A stretch of 63,893 nt of DNA, filler included, from Phoronis australis (taxonomy: Eukaryota; Animalia; Phoronida), in the NCBI GenBank assembly GCA_002633005.1. It is 7 parts of 7 records of this genome, joined end to end, with 100 filler letters (N's around TTAATTAATTAA, not from the genome) between each part and the next. Parts side by side here need not be neighbours in the genome. Positions count along the whole stretch, not along the records: positions 1 to 25,699 come from NMRA01001145.1; 6 more parts are not named here. One strand, given 5' to 3'. Position numbers and translations under genes: made by a program. Numbering within the stretch: the stretch's first letter is position 1; each line of letters starts with the position of its first letter. This document shows positions 12,192 to 25,415 of this stretch, in pieces. A model generated the notes under the pieces. That model made no database searches and was not told where the DNA came from. It saw only the letters and a program-made list of their open reading frames with translations.

Positions 12192-13487
12192 TACGGTAAT
12201 TTTTCAAAAAATTGTGCTCTTCACAAGGCGAAAACTTGCCGACTGATGCGTCGCTGAATCGCCATTGTCAATAGGAAAACTTGAACTCTTGAATAAAAAT
12301 ATAGTTTCGACTCAACAAATTACCTGAAATCTTCCTTATGTTCTACAATTTTTAAAGTTCATGTGGAGACCAGATTAATTGCGATTAAGTCCAAATCTGC
12401 GCTACATCGTACCTCACAACACGAGAAAAATCTCTGGATGAACGTACATGTTGTTGTCACGTGAAGTTTGTTTTGAAGTTCGTCTGCGTATGAGAGTGAG
12501 TGAGCGTGAGTGTGCGGGTCATCGACGACAGACTTTTTTGTTACAAAAGGCGGAGGATTATGCAAGAAAATGGCGTTTACTAGATTGTTTTTCACTTAAA
12601 CGGCTGCAACATGCAAGGTGAGTGCTGGTTAGCTCCCAGATTTTGTGTGCACAGGCCGACTGTCGTTAGCTCTGGCGTGGAGTATTAATAGTCCAAGGCT
12701 CTATCTACATGTTGGGGACGAGGTGAACTACCCGGGCTGTGTGAAATTTCTGGGTATAACGGAGACACTGACGCAGTGGTCAGCCAGTTCGCTGTATCAA
12801 GACTATAGTCAAAATCCAAATTCGTTTTATCGTGTTCATGTCAATAATAACGGCATGCTAAAGCTTTCTTAATTTTCGTACTTCAGGAACATAACAATCA
12901 TGTGTTTTGTACACATACGTGCACGCCGCAGATCACATCTCGGAAATTGCCGATTTGACGGATGACAATGAATGAGCACAATGAAATTAACAACGTCGTT
13001 TTACAGCTTGTAAGATTCATAACAAACGTACGTATTTTGAATATTGCAATGCATGTGTTCCAAAATCTAAATAACTTGGGTCCTATATTTTTGTATTAGT
13101 GCGCGCCGAATGAAAGTAATCGTGAGTGTTGCTGTGTTGCAAAATCTCTTATCCTGGGCCGATTTGAAAAATTCAAAGTTGTACTCATATTTGTTTTCGC
13201 TCCTCTTTTCAAATATTACAGTAAAAACTACGTAAAACTTTAGCCATAAAAAGTACAGTCTGCTAGCTAGATTGTAATCAGCTGATCATATCCGCATGAG
13301 CGAAGCCAATTATCCTCGCTCGTGACTCGATGACTGGAGCAGCTTTCCGGCATCCCTCTGATCGTGAGCCGAGTGCGACTCAGCCAAGGTGGATAAATAC
13401 GGTCGAGTTCAATTTTCCATACCCCACCGTTTACCTTAACCACTGAGGTTAGGACCAATCTTATTTAGTGGGAATGTTCATAGCATG
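12192..13487 (-). mobile_element. Family A, copy A5 (truncated at one end)
   Basis: Reverse complement of ~3271-4560. Intact ...GTTCATAGCATG terminus at 13487. The other end is fused to unit X, consistent with a deletion between tandem units. Confidence 0.85.
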
Positions 13488-14329
13488 AAAGAAATGGTTT
13501 ATGCTCTGCCAATGAAACTTTCATTTTTAACTGTACTATGCTATTAGATGGGTAGACATACCTACCACGTGGCACAGCAGTACCAGTAGACTACTAGTGC
13601 CTGGCAAGAGCAAGGTGTGTTCTGTCAAATTTTTGGGAAATTTGTACTCCCAGTTTTAAAATCGTGTATAAGCCCTTCTTTGTGTGTAACCCAGCTAGCA
13701 AATATTGTTCCTTGTAAAGTGTTATTTTATTTATAGACAATATGCTGATTATAGTGATTGACACAATTTTCGCAACACGTCTAGTCTGCTGTCCTGCTAA
13801 GTCATGCTCTTCCGATTTTATGGTAATACCGTAAATACCATAATGAGTATCTGTCAGCTTTAATTTAATCTGTGAACTGTTAAAACTAGGTAAACAATAA
13901 TGCAAGTAGGCTGCGTTCTGAGTCAATTACCCACAAAAGTGCAGAATGACTAACCTTCTGCATACTTCACACTAGCCTGCCTTCAATTTGGACGATGATT
14001 TTCAGTTAAATTTAGCAAAAAGTAAAAAATGTTTTGCAAGGGTACACTTAAAAAACAGCATTACTAAGATGGCCAGTTTTATTTTCATTTGAAAATATAC
14101 CAAGAAACGATTAGCACTCAAGCGGCAAGCCTTAATTGTTTCAGGGAGGTTTTGCTCACAACAAAATACAGCCGAAATTTTGTGGGAATACTTTTGTCTT
14201 GTACTGTACTTTTAAGTGCTTATAATGTACGATTATGAGCCACTATTGGTACTTTCATGATTCTTATTTTGAATAACCACACGTTAAGACAGCGTTACAA
14301 ATAATTTAAACCCACAGCACTAAGGCCAA

Positions 14330-16523
14330 TATTGCTGCTCAAACGTTGATGCAATAGAGAAAGTGGCGTCTACAACTCGATATACTTTATTACGTTCATC
14401 GTTTATCGTTGATACATCGTATTGCATGCTATGAACAGTCCCACTAAATAAGATTGGTCCTAACCCCGGTCGTCAAGGTAAACGGTGGGGTATGGAAAAA
14501 TGAACTAGATCGTATTTATCCACCTTGGCTGAGTCGCGCTCGGCTCACGATCAAAGGGATGCCGCCAAGCTGCTTTATTCATCGAGTCACGAGCAAGGAT
14601 AATTGGCTTCGCTCATGCACATATGATCAGCTGATTACAATCTATCTAGCAGACTGTACTTTTTATGGAGAGAGTTACAAGTAGTTTTTTTGTAATATTT
14701 GAAAAGAGGAGCGAAAACAAATATGAGTACAACTTTGAATTTTTCAAATCGGCCCAGGATAAGGGATTTTGCAACACAGCAACACTCACGATTACTTTCA
14801 TTCGGCGCGCACGAATACAAAAATATAGGAACTCAAGTTATTTAGATTTTGGAACACATGCATTGCAATATTCAAAATACGTTTATTATGAATCTTACAA
14901 GCTGTAAAACGACGTTGTTTAATTTCATTGTGCTCATTCATGGTCATCCGTCAAGTCGGCAATTTCCGAGATGTGATCTGCAGCGTTCGCGTATGTGTAC
15001 AAAACACGTGATTGTTATGTTCCTGAAGTACGAAAATTAAGAAACTTTAGCATGCCGTTATTATTGACAGGGACACGATAAAACGAATTTGGATTTTGAC
15101 TATAGTCTTGATACAGGGAGCTTGCTGACTACTGCGTCAGTGTCTCTGTTAGACCCAGAAATTTCACACAGCCCGGGTAGTCATGTAGATCGAGTCTTCG
15201 ACTATTAATACTCCATGGTAGAGCTAACGACCGTCGGCCTGTGCACACAAAATCTGTGAGTTAACCAGCACTCACCTTGCACGTTGCAGCCGTTTAAATG
15301 AAAAAACAATCCAGTAAACGCCATTTTCCTGCACAATCCTCCGCCTTTTGTAACAAAAAAGTCTATCGTCGATGACCCACACACGCACGCTCCGGCACTC
15401 ACTCTCATACGCAGAAAAACTTCAAAACAAAGGTCACGTGACAACAACATGTGTGTTCATCCAGAGATTTTTCTCGTGTTGTGGGGTATGATGTAGCGCA
15501 GATTTGCACGTAATCGCAATTAATCTGGACTCCACATGAACTTTAAAAATTGTAGAACATAAGGAAGATTTCAGGTAATTTGTTGAGTCGAAACTATATT
15601 TTTATTCAAGAGTTCAAGTTTTCCTATTGACGATGGCGATTCAGCGGCGACGCATCATTCGGCAAGTTTTCGCCCTGTGATGAGCAGAATTTTTTGAAAA
15701 ATTATCGTAATTTAACAACGGATGTTCATAGCAATGTACAACAATTTTGTAGAAAGACTGTCACAGGTTAAGAATACGTCACAGAGCGTAAATTTTATGA
15801 ATCCTAGCTTTCGATTTTACCCGTTTGGGAAACCGGCTTTCAACTGCCGTAGGCTACAGTAAGAATCCCCTCCCCGTGAAATGAATTTTTCTAAGCGTTT
15901 ATTAGAGCCAATACAGTATACAGCTTTCCACCAAGGCTAGGTGATGCTACGATATTATTCTTTGTTGCATTAGTAACTGGTCTTGGCTAATTATCATTTT
16001 ATGGCCTGGTCATCCATTCAGCCAAAAGTAGTTCTAGAGGTGGCTTATCAGCCAATTATTCACGCATGCTGACTCACAATAGAAGCCTGATAAGAGTGAA
16101 GGTGGATAAATGGGGTGTTCCTACAATTTCTTGTGTTAGTGGATGTGTTCACCACATGTGCATCGGTGTTCATATCGGTTATCTGACGTTGAACGATAAC
16201 CAAATGTATACTTTCAGCGTTTGCCTCAAACACAGTCTGGTAATCAACACACGACACATATGACAATCCACGAGAGAAAGGCAACTGGTGCTTGTTTGGA
16301 CATTTAAATACTCCGCGAAAACCTCAAAAGCTGATTGGCCCAGACAGTATCTCAACTTACACAACCAATGGAAATAATACCTCCGAAAGGGGGGTTGCTT
16401 AAATCATGTCTTAACCTTGAGACAACGTCCTAAAAATATAACTGAGGCACTAGGTGATTGAGAATGCCATCTCTAGGAAAATTAGGAAACTATATATATA
16501 TATATGTATTGCCTGCATTAACA
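14330..16523 (-). repeat. 3' LTR of the BEL element (14330-14424 plus 16161-16523), split by family A copy A6
   Basis: The two parts join to match 21689-22146. Begins TGTTAATGC on the minus strand next to the PPT. Confidence 0.9.
14425..16158 (+). mobile_element. Family A, full-length copy A6 with 2-bp TSD (TG)
   Basis: ATTG|CATGCTATGAAC...GTTCACCACATG|TGCATCGG, against the uninterrupted ATTGCATCGG in the other LTR (~21780). Confidence 0.9.
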
Positions 16524-16533
16524 CTCCCCCCGG

Positions 16534-19500
16534 AAGCAGAAATGCTTAACTCCACCAACTGAGAACCACAAAGTCTACATGAAAGAACTGGTATAAAGAC
16601 AGTTCGTAGACTCTAGATGAAGCGCCCTGCACGACATATCTGTAAAATAACACCGTATCGCTTAAGGGTTTTTCTACCGTCTTTCACTGTGAACAGTCCA
16701 AAATAGTCGATACCTACGTACTTGAAAGGTCAAGCTCTATGGTAGTTCTGACTTCAGGGAAATAGGCCATCTTCTGTTGCAAAGTTGGACTGTGAAGGTG
16801 TCGACATCTCACACATCTGCCAATGACGGAACGTACAGTTGCATTTCCGGCAATTACCCAGTACTTCTGGCGAACAGCCGACATGACATGAATGCGTTCA
16901 GCGTGTTGTATCAGTTCATGATAACTTCGGATGATAAGCGTAGTGATGCGACTCTTGTGAGGCAGCAAAATAGGGTGTCTCTCGTTGAACGCAGTTCTTG
17001 CCTTTCTCAGACGCCCACCAACCCTGATAAGGTCGTCACCAACTAGAAACGTATCCAAGCTGAAAATCGAGCTCTTGCGCGATACACCAGACTTCACTGT
17101 TGACTGAGTGGAGTCTCGTTGCTTCCTTAGTACCTCAACTTCCGGACCAAAATGCTTGCGCTGTACGTGACGGATAACTTCAACTTTGGCAGCTTGAATT
17201 TCTGCTAATGTTATCAAGCTGCGTAGACTCTTTTTTCTGGCTCGTTTTCGCAGGAATGACTTCAGTCGGAGAAGGTAAACAGCTCTGCATAGGCGATACC
17301 AACTAGAATAATGGGAGATAAGGGCGTTTAGCGGATCCATGTCGTCACCTGTATCTTCACCATCAGCGGAGACTGCTGCGACAGTAGCTGTAAAATCAGA
17401 ATCATGAGAAAAATCATGCAAAATAGTTGATTTAACTGGCCAATCGCTCTCGGCTTTCCACAGAAACTCTGGACCGTCTAGCCATAGCATCTGGTTGAAG
17501 AAACTCTGAGTAGTAACACCTCTTGAACCATCGTCGGCTGTATTGCAACTGGTGTCGGCGTACCTCCACTGGTCAGGCTCCGTTAGAAGTCACGAATCTG
17601 TTGCACCCGGTTTGCTATAAAGATAGGAAATCGTTTGGTCTCATTACGTATAAAATTCAACACAGCTGTGGAATCTGTGTGGTATGTAACAGTATCAGGT
17701 ATCTGTAGCTCTCTTAGCACAATGCGACTAAGACGAATGGAGACAGTGGCCGCCGTAAGCTCCAGTCGGGGAACAGTCCCAGTCCTTTTCTGAGGTGCAA
17801 CCCTTGCCTTGCCCATGAGGAACTTGCAGTGAATCTGGCCCTCGCTGTTGCACAAACGCAGATAAGCGGCCGATGCATAACCAACGGTGCTGGCATCAGA
17901 GAAGAGATGAAGCTGACATGGTGAGACTTTACCAAACAAGACAGGCTTCAAACAACGTCTAACAGTCACATTCTGGAGTGCAGATATATCATAGAGCCAT
18001 TTTTGCCAGAGAATACTTTACTCACCTGGAACCTTGTCGTCCCAGTCTACAGAAATGGACTTGCATAAATCTTGTAGCAGTTTCTTCGCCGGCAGGATAA
18101 GGGGAGCAAAAAATCCAAGGGGGTCAAAAATAGACGAAATTGTAGACAAAATGCCTCTGCGTGTTGCTGGTTTGGAAGTCAAAGTGACAGAAAACTGGAA
18201 ATCGTCCGACGTGATGTTCCACTGGATTCCCAAAGCTCGTTCAATGTGGATGTTGTCGTCATCAAAAGTAATTGCCTGCCCAACAGTCGATCTATCTTCT
18301 GGAGGTACTGAACGTATAACCGCAGCACAGTTACTGAGAAACTTAGTCAATCAGAATCCATCCAAAGAGCACGCATGTCGTAGCTCCTGAACCAATTCTA
18401 TGGCATCTTCTTCCTTCTCTACAGACGTCAGACAGTCGGCAATGTAGAAATTGTGCTGGATGGTCTCGTTGACACGTTGCGACACAGTGTTGTCTTGGGG
18501 AATCCATTTCAGAACATAATTACAAACACTGGGCGAAGAAAAATCCCCAAAGATGTGCACTGTCATCTGATATTCCCTCAGATCGCCGTTTAAATCCCCA
18601 TTAGGCCACCACATGAAGCGCAGAAAGTCACACTGTTCTTCTGGTATCCTAACTTGGTGGAACATTACTTCTACGTCACCTACGATCACCACAGGTTCCT
18701 CACGAAATCTTAGCAGCACACCGACAAGAGAGTTGACAAAATCCGGTCCTTGCAGTAGACTATCATTCAAAGAGACACCTTCATATCTAGCGCTGCAGTC
18801 AAAAACTACTCTTATCTTTTCTGGCTTTCTAGGGTGGTATATCCCATGATGAGGCAGATACCAAACACGTCCTGGCACAGCAGATAACTTGTGACCAGGG
18901 ACTTCTTTGGCGTGACCTTTGTCAAACAGGGAAAGCATTAACTTGACGTAGTCTTGATGATACCGGTCGGATCGCAACATCTTCATTCGCTGCCACAGTG
19001 CTCTCCGCATGGCCTGTACCCTGTTATTTGGCATGGTGGGGTTGCGCTCACGAAAGGCCAGTGGAACCACATAATGACCATCTTGCTTGTGAATTCCCTC
19101 CCCTACTATGTCCGTAAACCGTTTGTCCTCCATTGACAGGCCGTATTCGTCGGAATGAAGTCCTTTAGAATCATTGAAATCTCGCTCAAGCTACTGGAGA
19201 ATCTTGTCGTAATCGTGTTTGCCTGTTTTATCACTGGTGACGCCCAAATCCTTGACTGCAACCTGATTGCACAAAACTGGATCGTTGCTCTCAACTGAAG
19301 CTTTGGTCGGTCCGTTCACGGTGCATCCATGATGTAATCGAACACCAAATGGTCCCTGGTCGCTCGCTGGAAAGACATCAAGTGGTTCCAAAGCTCTTGG
19401 ACAATCACTGCCAATTAACATACCAATGTCAAGGTCCGGTAGAAACTCGGGAATACGATTAGCCAAATTCACTAGACTCACCGATTTTCGTAAACTCTCA

Positions 19501-21673
19501 GGTCTCGGGACGTGGCGGTGACTTACTGGTATTTCATGACGTGAGTATGCCTTGAGTAACAGGACAGCGTTTTGACCTTCCCAGTCCATCACAGTAAGAC
19601 CACTGACAATCTGTGACTCAACATAGGAGGTTCCATGCATGGTGTTGAGACGAAGCTTTGTAGGTATAGATTAGGAGCACTTAGTTGTTCCAGCAGTCGA
19701 TCAGACACAAAGCAGGCAGTACTCCCTTGGTCGTAGAACGCGTAAGTATCCACAGTCACACTGGAAGATTCGTGGCGAACTCTTACTGGAAGAATAGCTT
19801 GAAGAACTTTGTTTATTTCAGTTGACATACAACAATGACCCTTACCATTGATCTCACCTACACTGGAGTTCTTCACATCAGTCTGCTGACTCTCGCTACC
19901 GCTGTATTTCGATACAAACTGATCGTCGTGCAGACAGGTGGGGTGACGTCTTGAACACTTGCTGCATACTCTCTTCTTCAAGCACCCCTTAGAAGTATGG
20001 TTTCTTACCAAACAGCCTTAACACAAATGCTTGTCTTTAATAAAGGCTTTGCGTTCACTTACGGGCTTACCTAGAAAAAACTAACATTTGTCAATATCAT
20101 GTTGTTGTTTACAAAACAAACACAAAGGTCTAGAATCACTCTTGTCCTGGAATTACCTGATGTCGGTAGAGAAGTTCTGTATACGTCGATTAGTCGTGGA
20201 ATTCGCCCTCAGATAGGGGGTTTCTCTGCCACTGCTTCTATTCCAAACACTGGATCACTGGCAGCTTGCTGAGCCCGATGAACGAAGTCGACCATGTCCG
20301 GAAACGTTGTGACAATGGATACAGACTTCAGTTGAACAACCTTGTCTCTCCACTTATTTTGCAGATATGCTGGCAACTTGCGCATCACAGTCTGTAGGTT
20401 GGAAGGGTGATTAAGCACCTCCAAAGACGAAATACCAAACATAGCGTGGACACTTCTGAAGAAAATGAGTTAGTTGTCGGAAACCCACGACGTCATCACC
20501 TTTGACTGCAGGCCATTGTCTCAGCTTGTTCATGTAGGCGTTGGAAATCTTATACTGATCACCATATTCTGTGTCTAAAAGCTTCCTAGCCGTAATGTAA
20601 CCCTGGTCTGGTGGCATGTACACGCACCCGACGATAAGGTCCTTGGGCTCACCTACAAGATGTTGGTCCAGATTGTACAGAAGGTCGGAGCTTCCTGCAA
20701 CTCTCGACGCCACCCGTGCGTCAAAGGCCATGGTGAACGCGGTATAGCTAAGTATGTCCCCACTGAATTTTGGTACCTCAATCATTGGTAATGACACTTA
20801 GCTTGCAAACCGTTGATAAGCGTCCAGCACGCAGTTGGCACCTGCAGAAGCTGGCATGAAGACATGAGCGTGACAGTTCAATGGACTTCCATGTATGCTT
20901 CCTTCTGGAACAACACAGTTGGCTGGGATGGCTGACTTGCTGGTCTTAATGCCTGGTTCAGATGTAGGGGTGGAAACAGGTGGCAGCCGAATCTTCTATT
21001 GGCACAGCATTTTTCAAATCAGGTGCATGTAACTTCTCAACACCCAAATTCTTGGCAATGACACCGACCGCAGTACCTGAGACAGAAACAGGAGGTAAAA
21101 CGTCGCATTCAGAAGAAAGCTCACACTTTGAAATCGGTATAGAATGTGACTTTGGTAGCATTTGGCTTCAAAGGGGTATGAACTACCAATGACAGCATGG
21201 GTAACATAGCCTTCATGACATTACTGGAATCATGTTCATCACACAAAGATTCGTGAGCCTCAGCAATTGACAGTTCTGTTTTTAGTTTAAGCTCTTGCTC
21301 ACGTACCTCTAACAGAAGCTGTTCTTCCTCAGTCTCTTGATCCAACCAACGCTTTTCATTCTCAAGTCTCTGTGTCAAATGAAGCTTTTTCTGTTTCAGA
21401 GCAAGTTCTTCTTTAAGTGCCTTTTGTCGCGCCAGGATTTTAGCTTTTTTCAATTTCCATTTCGTAGATTTCGTCGATGACCCACCACTGCTCACACTAG
21501 ACCAGTGCTGGCACAGCACTGGACGCGCCGTCGTCGTTTACGCCGTTGATGTCACCCTCTGTTGGCTGACTCTCCTCTTTACTAACGCCCTCTGGAGGAT
21601 GACTCTCACTGTGGAATTGTCAAGTTGGTTTTTCGTCGATAACTAGAGCTATGGTAGTCTCTGTCGATTCCAT
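16534..21673 (-). pseudogene. BEL/Pao gag-pol polyprotein remnant (stops, frameshifts, integrase core deleted)
   Basis: Gag LPMIEVPKFSGDILSYTAF and Cys/His knuckles (CSKCSRRHPTCLH); protease YAFYDQGS; RT YLPHHGIYHPRKPEKIRVVFDCSA and LLQGPDFVNSLVGVLLRFR; RNase H LHLFSDASTVGY and VPRLELTAA; integrase Zn finger H...H...CVRC. Confidence 0.93.
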
Positions 21674-21688
21674 GGCACTCTATAACAA

Positions 21689-22146
21689 TATTGCTGCTCA
21701 AACGTTGATGCAATAGAGAAAGAGGCGTCTACAACTCGATATACTTTATTACGTTCATCGTTTATCGTTGATACATCGTATTGCATCGGTGTTCATATCA
21801 GTTATCTGACGTTGAACGATAACCAAATGCATACTTACAGCGTTTGCCTCAAAAACAGTCTGGTAATAATCAACACACGATACATATGACAATCCACGAG
21901 AGAAAGGCAACTGGTGCTTTTTCGGACGTTTAAATACTCCGCGAAAACCTAAAAAGCTGATTGGCCCAGACAGTATCTCAACTTACACAACCAATGGAAA
22001 TAATACCTCCGAAAGGGGGGGGGTTGCTTAAATCATGACTTAACCCCAAGACAACGCCCTAAAAATATAACTGAGGCACTAGGGGATTGAGAACACCATC
22101 TCTAGGAAAATTGGGAAACTATATATATGCACTGCCTGCATTAACA
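21689..22146 (-). repeat. 5' LTR of the BEL element (458 bp)
   Basis: Direct repeat of the reassembled 3' LTR; ends ...GCCTGCATTAACA on the plus strand. Confidence 0.9.
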
Positions 22147-22864
22147 GACAATTTTCTTTTCAGAAGATTTTCATGCATCACTTTGATAAATGACCGACCT
22201 CTCTTAAGATAGTGTATTTTTTGTTTCAGGCCTAAAAAAGAAAAATGCTGTAGACCTAAAAAAGAAAAATACAAGTGGCTATGGGTCTCAGGAGGAGATT
22301 CCAATTGGAGGTTTGTATTAAAACTAATACCAGAACGGTACTACGGATCTTGCATGGGAGGAATATAGACAATTCTGTTCATATGGGTGCATGCACTTGT
22401 CATCACTAGATATTACCAACAATGTTACAAGCTGTGCTGAAAAATTGTTGTAATTCATCAGGAAAAGGTAGAAATTTCAACTTTGGCTCTATATCACATT
22501 GTTTTAATGAAAGCAATCCCACTTCCTAATGACATAATTACAGAACAATGGATATCGAGCACGTTTTCAAAAAACAAAGAGGTTTTCACTAGAGAACTGC
22601 TTTTCCTTCACCACATGATATTTAGCTTCATGACAGTTATTCTTAATAGAAATGATAAAAACCAAAGATTGTTTTATTTCAGCTTAGCAAACAGTCACAC
22701 TTCTGAATGTTACAATAATTACAATAAAAACTTTCAACTCTGACAAAAGTGTTCGCTAATATTTATACTTTTATGCCCCCACATACGAACACTATGAGAG
22801 TGCACAAACTTACAATCACCTCGGTCTATGGACATAAGGCAAGTGCAGCCAGCTCGCCTAAACC

Positions 22865-24090
22865 TTGGGACCAGTGTTAGCTAATATTTTCATGTGCAAT
22901 CTCGAGACTGAGGCTCTGGCTTAAGTTGTCCACCGGATTGTAAACCACAATTTTATCTAAGGTATGTGGATGATACATTTGTTGTGTTTTCATCCAAGAG
23001 CTCAGTCAACACCTTTTTTAATCACATGAACAATATGCTTCAGTACATCAACTTCACCATTGAATCTGAGCGCGAGTCGTGTTTACCTTTTCTAGATGTC
23101 TTGGTTAAACATGATAATAGCACCGTTGTTACATCTGTGTATTGCAAGCCCAGTTTTTCTGGGCTTTATCTTAAATTTGATAGTTTTGTGTCTATACAGT
23201 ACAAGAGAGGTCTAGTCAATTGCTTGTTTCACGGTGCCTGGAGAATCTGCTCCACCAATTTAAATTTTGATAGTGACGTAGCTACGATTTTCCAGTTATT
23301 GCGTTCTAATGGTTACCCTCTGAATTTTCTGAATAGCTGTAAATGGCACTTTCTTTCAAAAACGAATGAGGCAGATAAGATAGCAGTTATTGGACCCGAG
23401 AAAAAGAAAGTTTTCTTTTCTTTTGGTTACACCGGGCCAAGTAGTATAAAATTGAAACGCCAATTATCTCGCCTTATTCATTGCATAGACCCAGCAGTTG
23501 AACTGATAGTTGTTTCCAAACCCCTTCGGAAACTTTCCAATATGCTGTGTAAACTGAAGTCACTCATCCCTTTATTGAACAAGAGCAATGTTGTGTATGA
23601 GGTTGAATGTGACAAATGTAAGGAATTCTATATAGGACTCACACAGAGACGCCTCTGTGGCAGGTTGAAAGAACATCACACCTCAGAGAAAAGTAACATA
23701 TATAGGCATTGTATTAGCTACAATCACCAAGCCAACTCTGTTAGTATTATCTGCAGAGAACCTATTAAGGAGTTACTGTACATTAAAGAGTCATTGGCCA
23801 TTCAGAACCAGCATGCCACTGATTCTCTGAATAACATGCAGAGCTCTGTGACCCTGCAGCTATGGTGATGACCAGCTACAGACCATATTCTATGTATCTC
23901 TCACTTCACTCTATGGATGTTACCTGAGCTGTATGTTGGCACTTGCTGTCCTAAAATATTGTAAATATGATCCTGATGATGCCTAATGAAAAGACGAAAT
24001 ATTGAATTGAACATGAACTTTTTTATTTGTGCGGCGATCGTCCGGTTTTTGATCTTATTGTGGCCAAAAACTGATTTAATTCTCAATATC
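22865..24090 (+). mobile_element. Penelope-like retroelement, 5'-truncated (RT C-terminal half plus GIY-YIG endonuclease; frameshifted)
   Basis: LGPVLANIFM then, after a frameshift, FYLRYVDDTF; LPFLDVLV; TSVYCKP; NGYP; VVYEVECDKCKEFYIGLTQRRL..RLKEH. ORF stop at 23868. Interrupts unit X at 22864. The 3' boundary is approximate. Confidence 0.9.
23970..24006 (+). ncRNA. Minimal type I hammerhead ribozyme-like motif in the Penelope 3' region (degenerate)
   Basis: CTGATGA-T-GCCT..AGAC-GAAA-TATT: both core boxes are present, stem II has one mismatch, and stem III is palindromic. Confidence 0.6.
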
Positions 24091-24597
24091 TACAATTAGG
24101 GTACTGCAGTTATCATAAGATGTAATTTCATGAGATTTGGGATACGTGCACCTATTGAGGAAACCACACTTCGTGTAGATTTTTAACAGATCTCATTATT
24201 GTGGCGCACCCTAGTGACGAACTGCTTTTAAACAGACCTTCGTGAAATTTGACCAATGCATTCCAAATGAGAGCATGTGATGTTGATTTTAAATGGATCC
24301 CAAAGAATTGAAAAAATGAACACCTTTTTAGCTCTATATTACGCGATGCACAAGGTGGATGCAGATCAACGATTTTCTACATTGCTCTACTTTTTCATAG
24401 GCTTATAGCTCAAACGCTCAAAATTTTGTTTTGGTGGCATGTAGATTGTGCAACCAATGTTAAGAACAAAGTAAAGCTTCCTAGGAAGTCATTTTCTTCG
24501 AGGCATTGATAAAATGTAATTTCAATTGTCTGTTACATTACCTAAATATATATTGCATACATTGTACAATGCTCACTAATCGTTGTATCTATTTCAG

Positions 24598-24693
24598 ATA
24601 CTTTGGTAAATCCAGCTGGTTTCCACCAGGGACCCAATCCTTTAACAACAGGGGGCCAAGTGCCACTTGGTTATGCAACCAACAACGCTGCAG
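24598..24693 (+). CDS. Putative 96-bp phase 1-1 internal exon, unknown protein (DTLVNPAGFHQGPNPLTTGGQVPLGYATNNAA)
   Basis: TTTCAG acceptor, CAG|GTAATT donor, open frame, higher GC than the flanks. Confidence 0.45.
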
Positions 24694-25355
24694 GTAATTA
24701 TGGGTTGCATTGCTTAAAAATGACAAAGGACAGGACCTCTTTGTCACAAGGTAAAAAAATGCAAGAATCTAAGTGTTATTCAGCACCTGTTGAAAGACAG
24801 TTTCACTGACAACAGAAATTGCTAGAGTGGGTCTACGTAATTTCTTTTTAAAGCCACCACTTTGCAAACTACTAGCTAACTACGCATTGAACGTCAAAAG
24901 TCATAACATTCTAACCCAAGAATAAAGGATACTTAAAAATATTAATAACATCATACCCTGGCCACCAGATACAGAAAATTTTGTACCAAGAGAGGTCGCA
25001 AATGGTGAGAATGGAACTCAACAACGGAAGCAAATGGATAACATCAGCTGCGCAAAAGAACCTCATAGTAATGGTATCAAGACCACAACTATGATTCAAC
25101 CCATTTGACATGTGTTTGTTCAACATAACTCAAAACCAAATTACAAATTTTAACCTTTCACTAGTCATTCAAATCTTCACACCAAACTTCCAGTGGCTTG
25201 TTTACTGAAGAATTTGTGAAGCATCCTAAAAATATCCTCATAATCATGGAGATGAGTCACTATCCAAAAACTTAGACACTGTAACTTGGTGGATGTATGA
25301 CTGACCATAACAGGTGTTGTACTTGTTTAACATGCACAGGTTTTGTGTATTTTAG

Positions 25356-25415
25356 ATAACATCATACCCTGGCCACCAGACCTCTCTGATCTTGAACCAA
25401 GAGACATCGCAAATG
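25356..25415 (+). CDS. Putative 60-bp phase 1-1 exon (NIIPWPPDLSDLEPRDIAN), with a paralogous copy at 24945-25004
   Basis: TTTTAG acceptor and G|GTGAGG donor; lies in a ~411-bp-period direct duplication. Confidence 0.4.

Larger units (their letters stand above)
14330..22146 (-). mobile_element. BEL/Pao LTR retrotransposon, decayed, inserted in unit X
   Basis: Two 458-bp LTRs; 5-bp TSD GCCAA (14325-14329) / GACAA (22147-22151); polypurine tract at 16524-16533 (minus strand CCGGGGGGAG). Domain order gag-PR-RT-RH-IN. Confidence 0.93.

Noticed and set aside
531-14684. Recurrent 63-76 aa ORFs (MVLTPVVKVNGG.., MCTGRLSLA..) that look like a small-protein family
   Set aside because: They recur only because they lie within family A copies. 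Starts are non-ATG, some copies are disrupted, and no domain is recognisable.
16777-21192. Plus-strand ORFs within the BEL element
   Set aside because: Antisense shadows of the minus-strand gag-pol.
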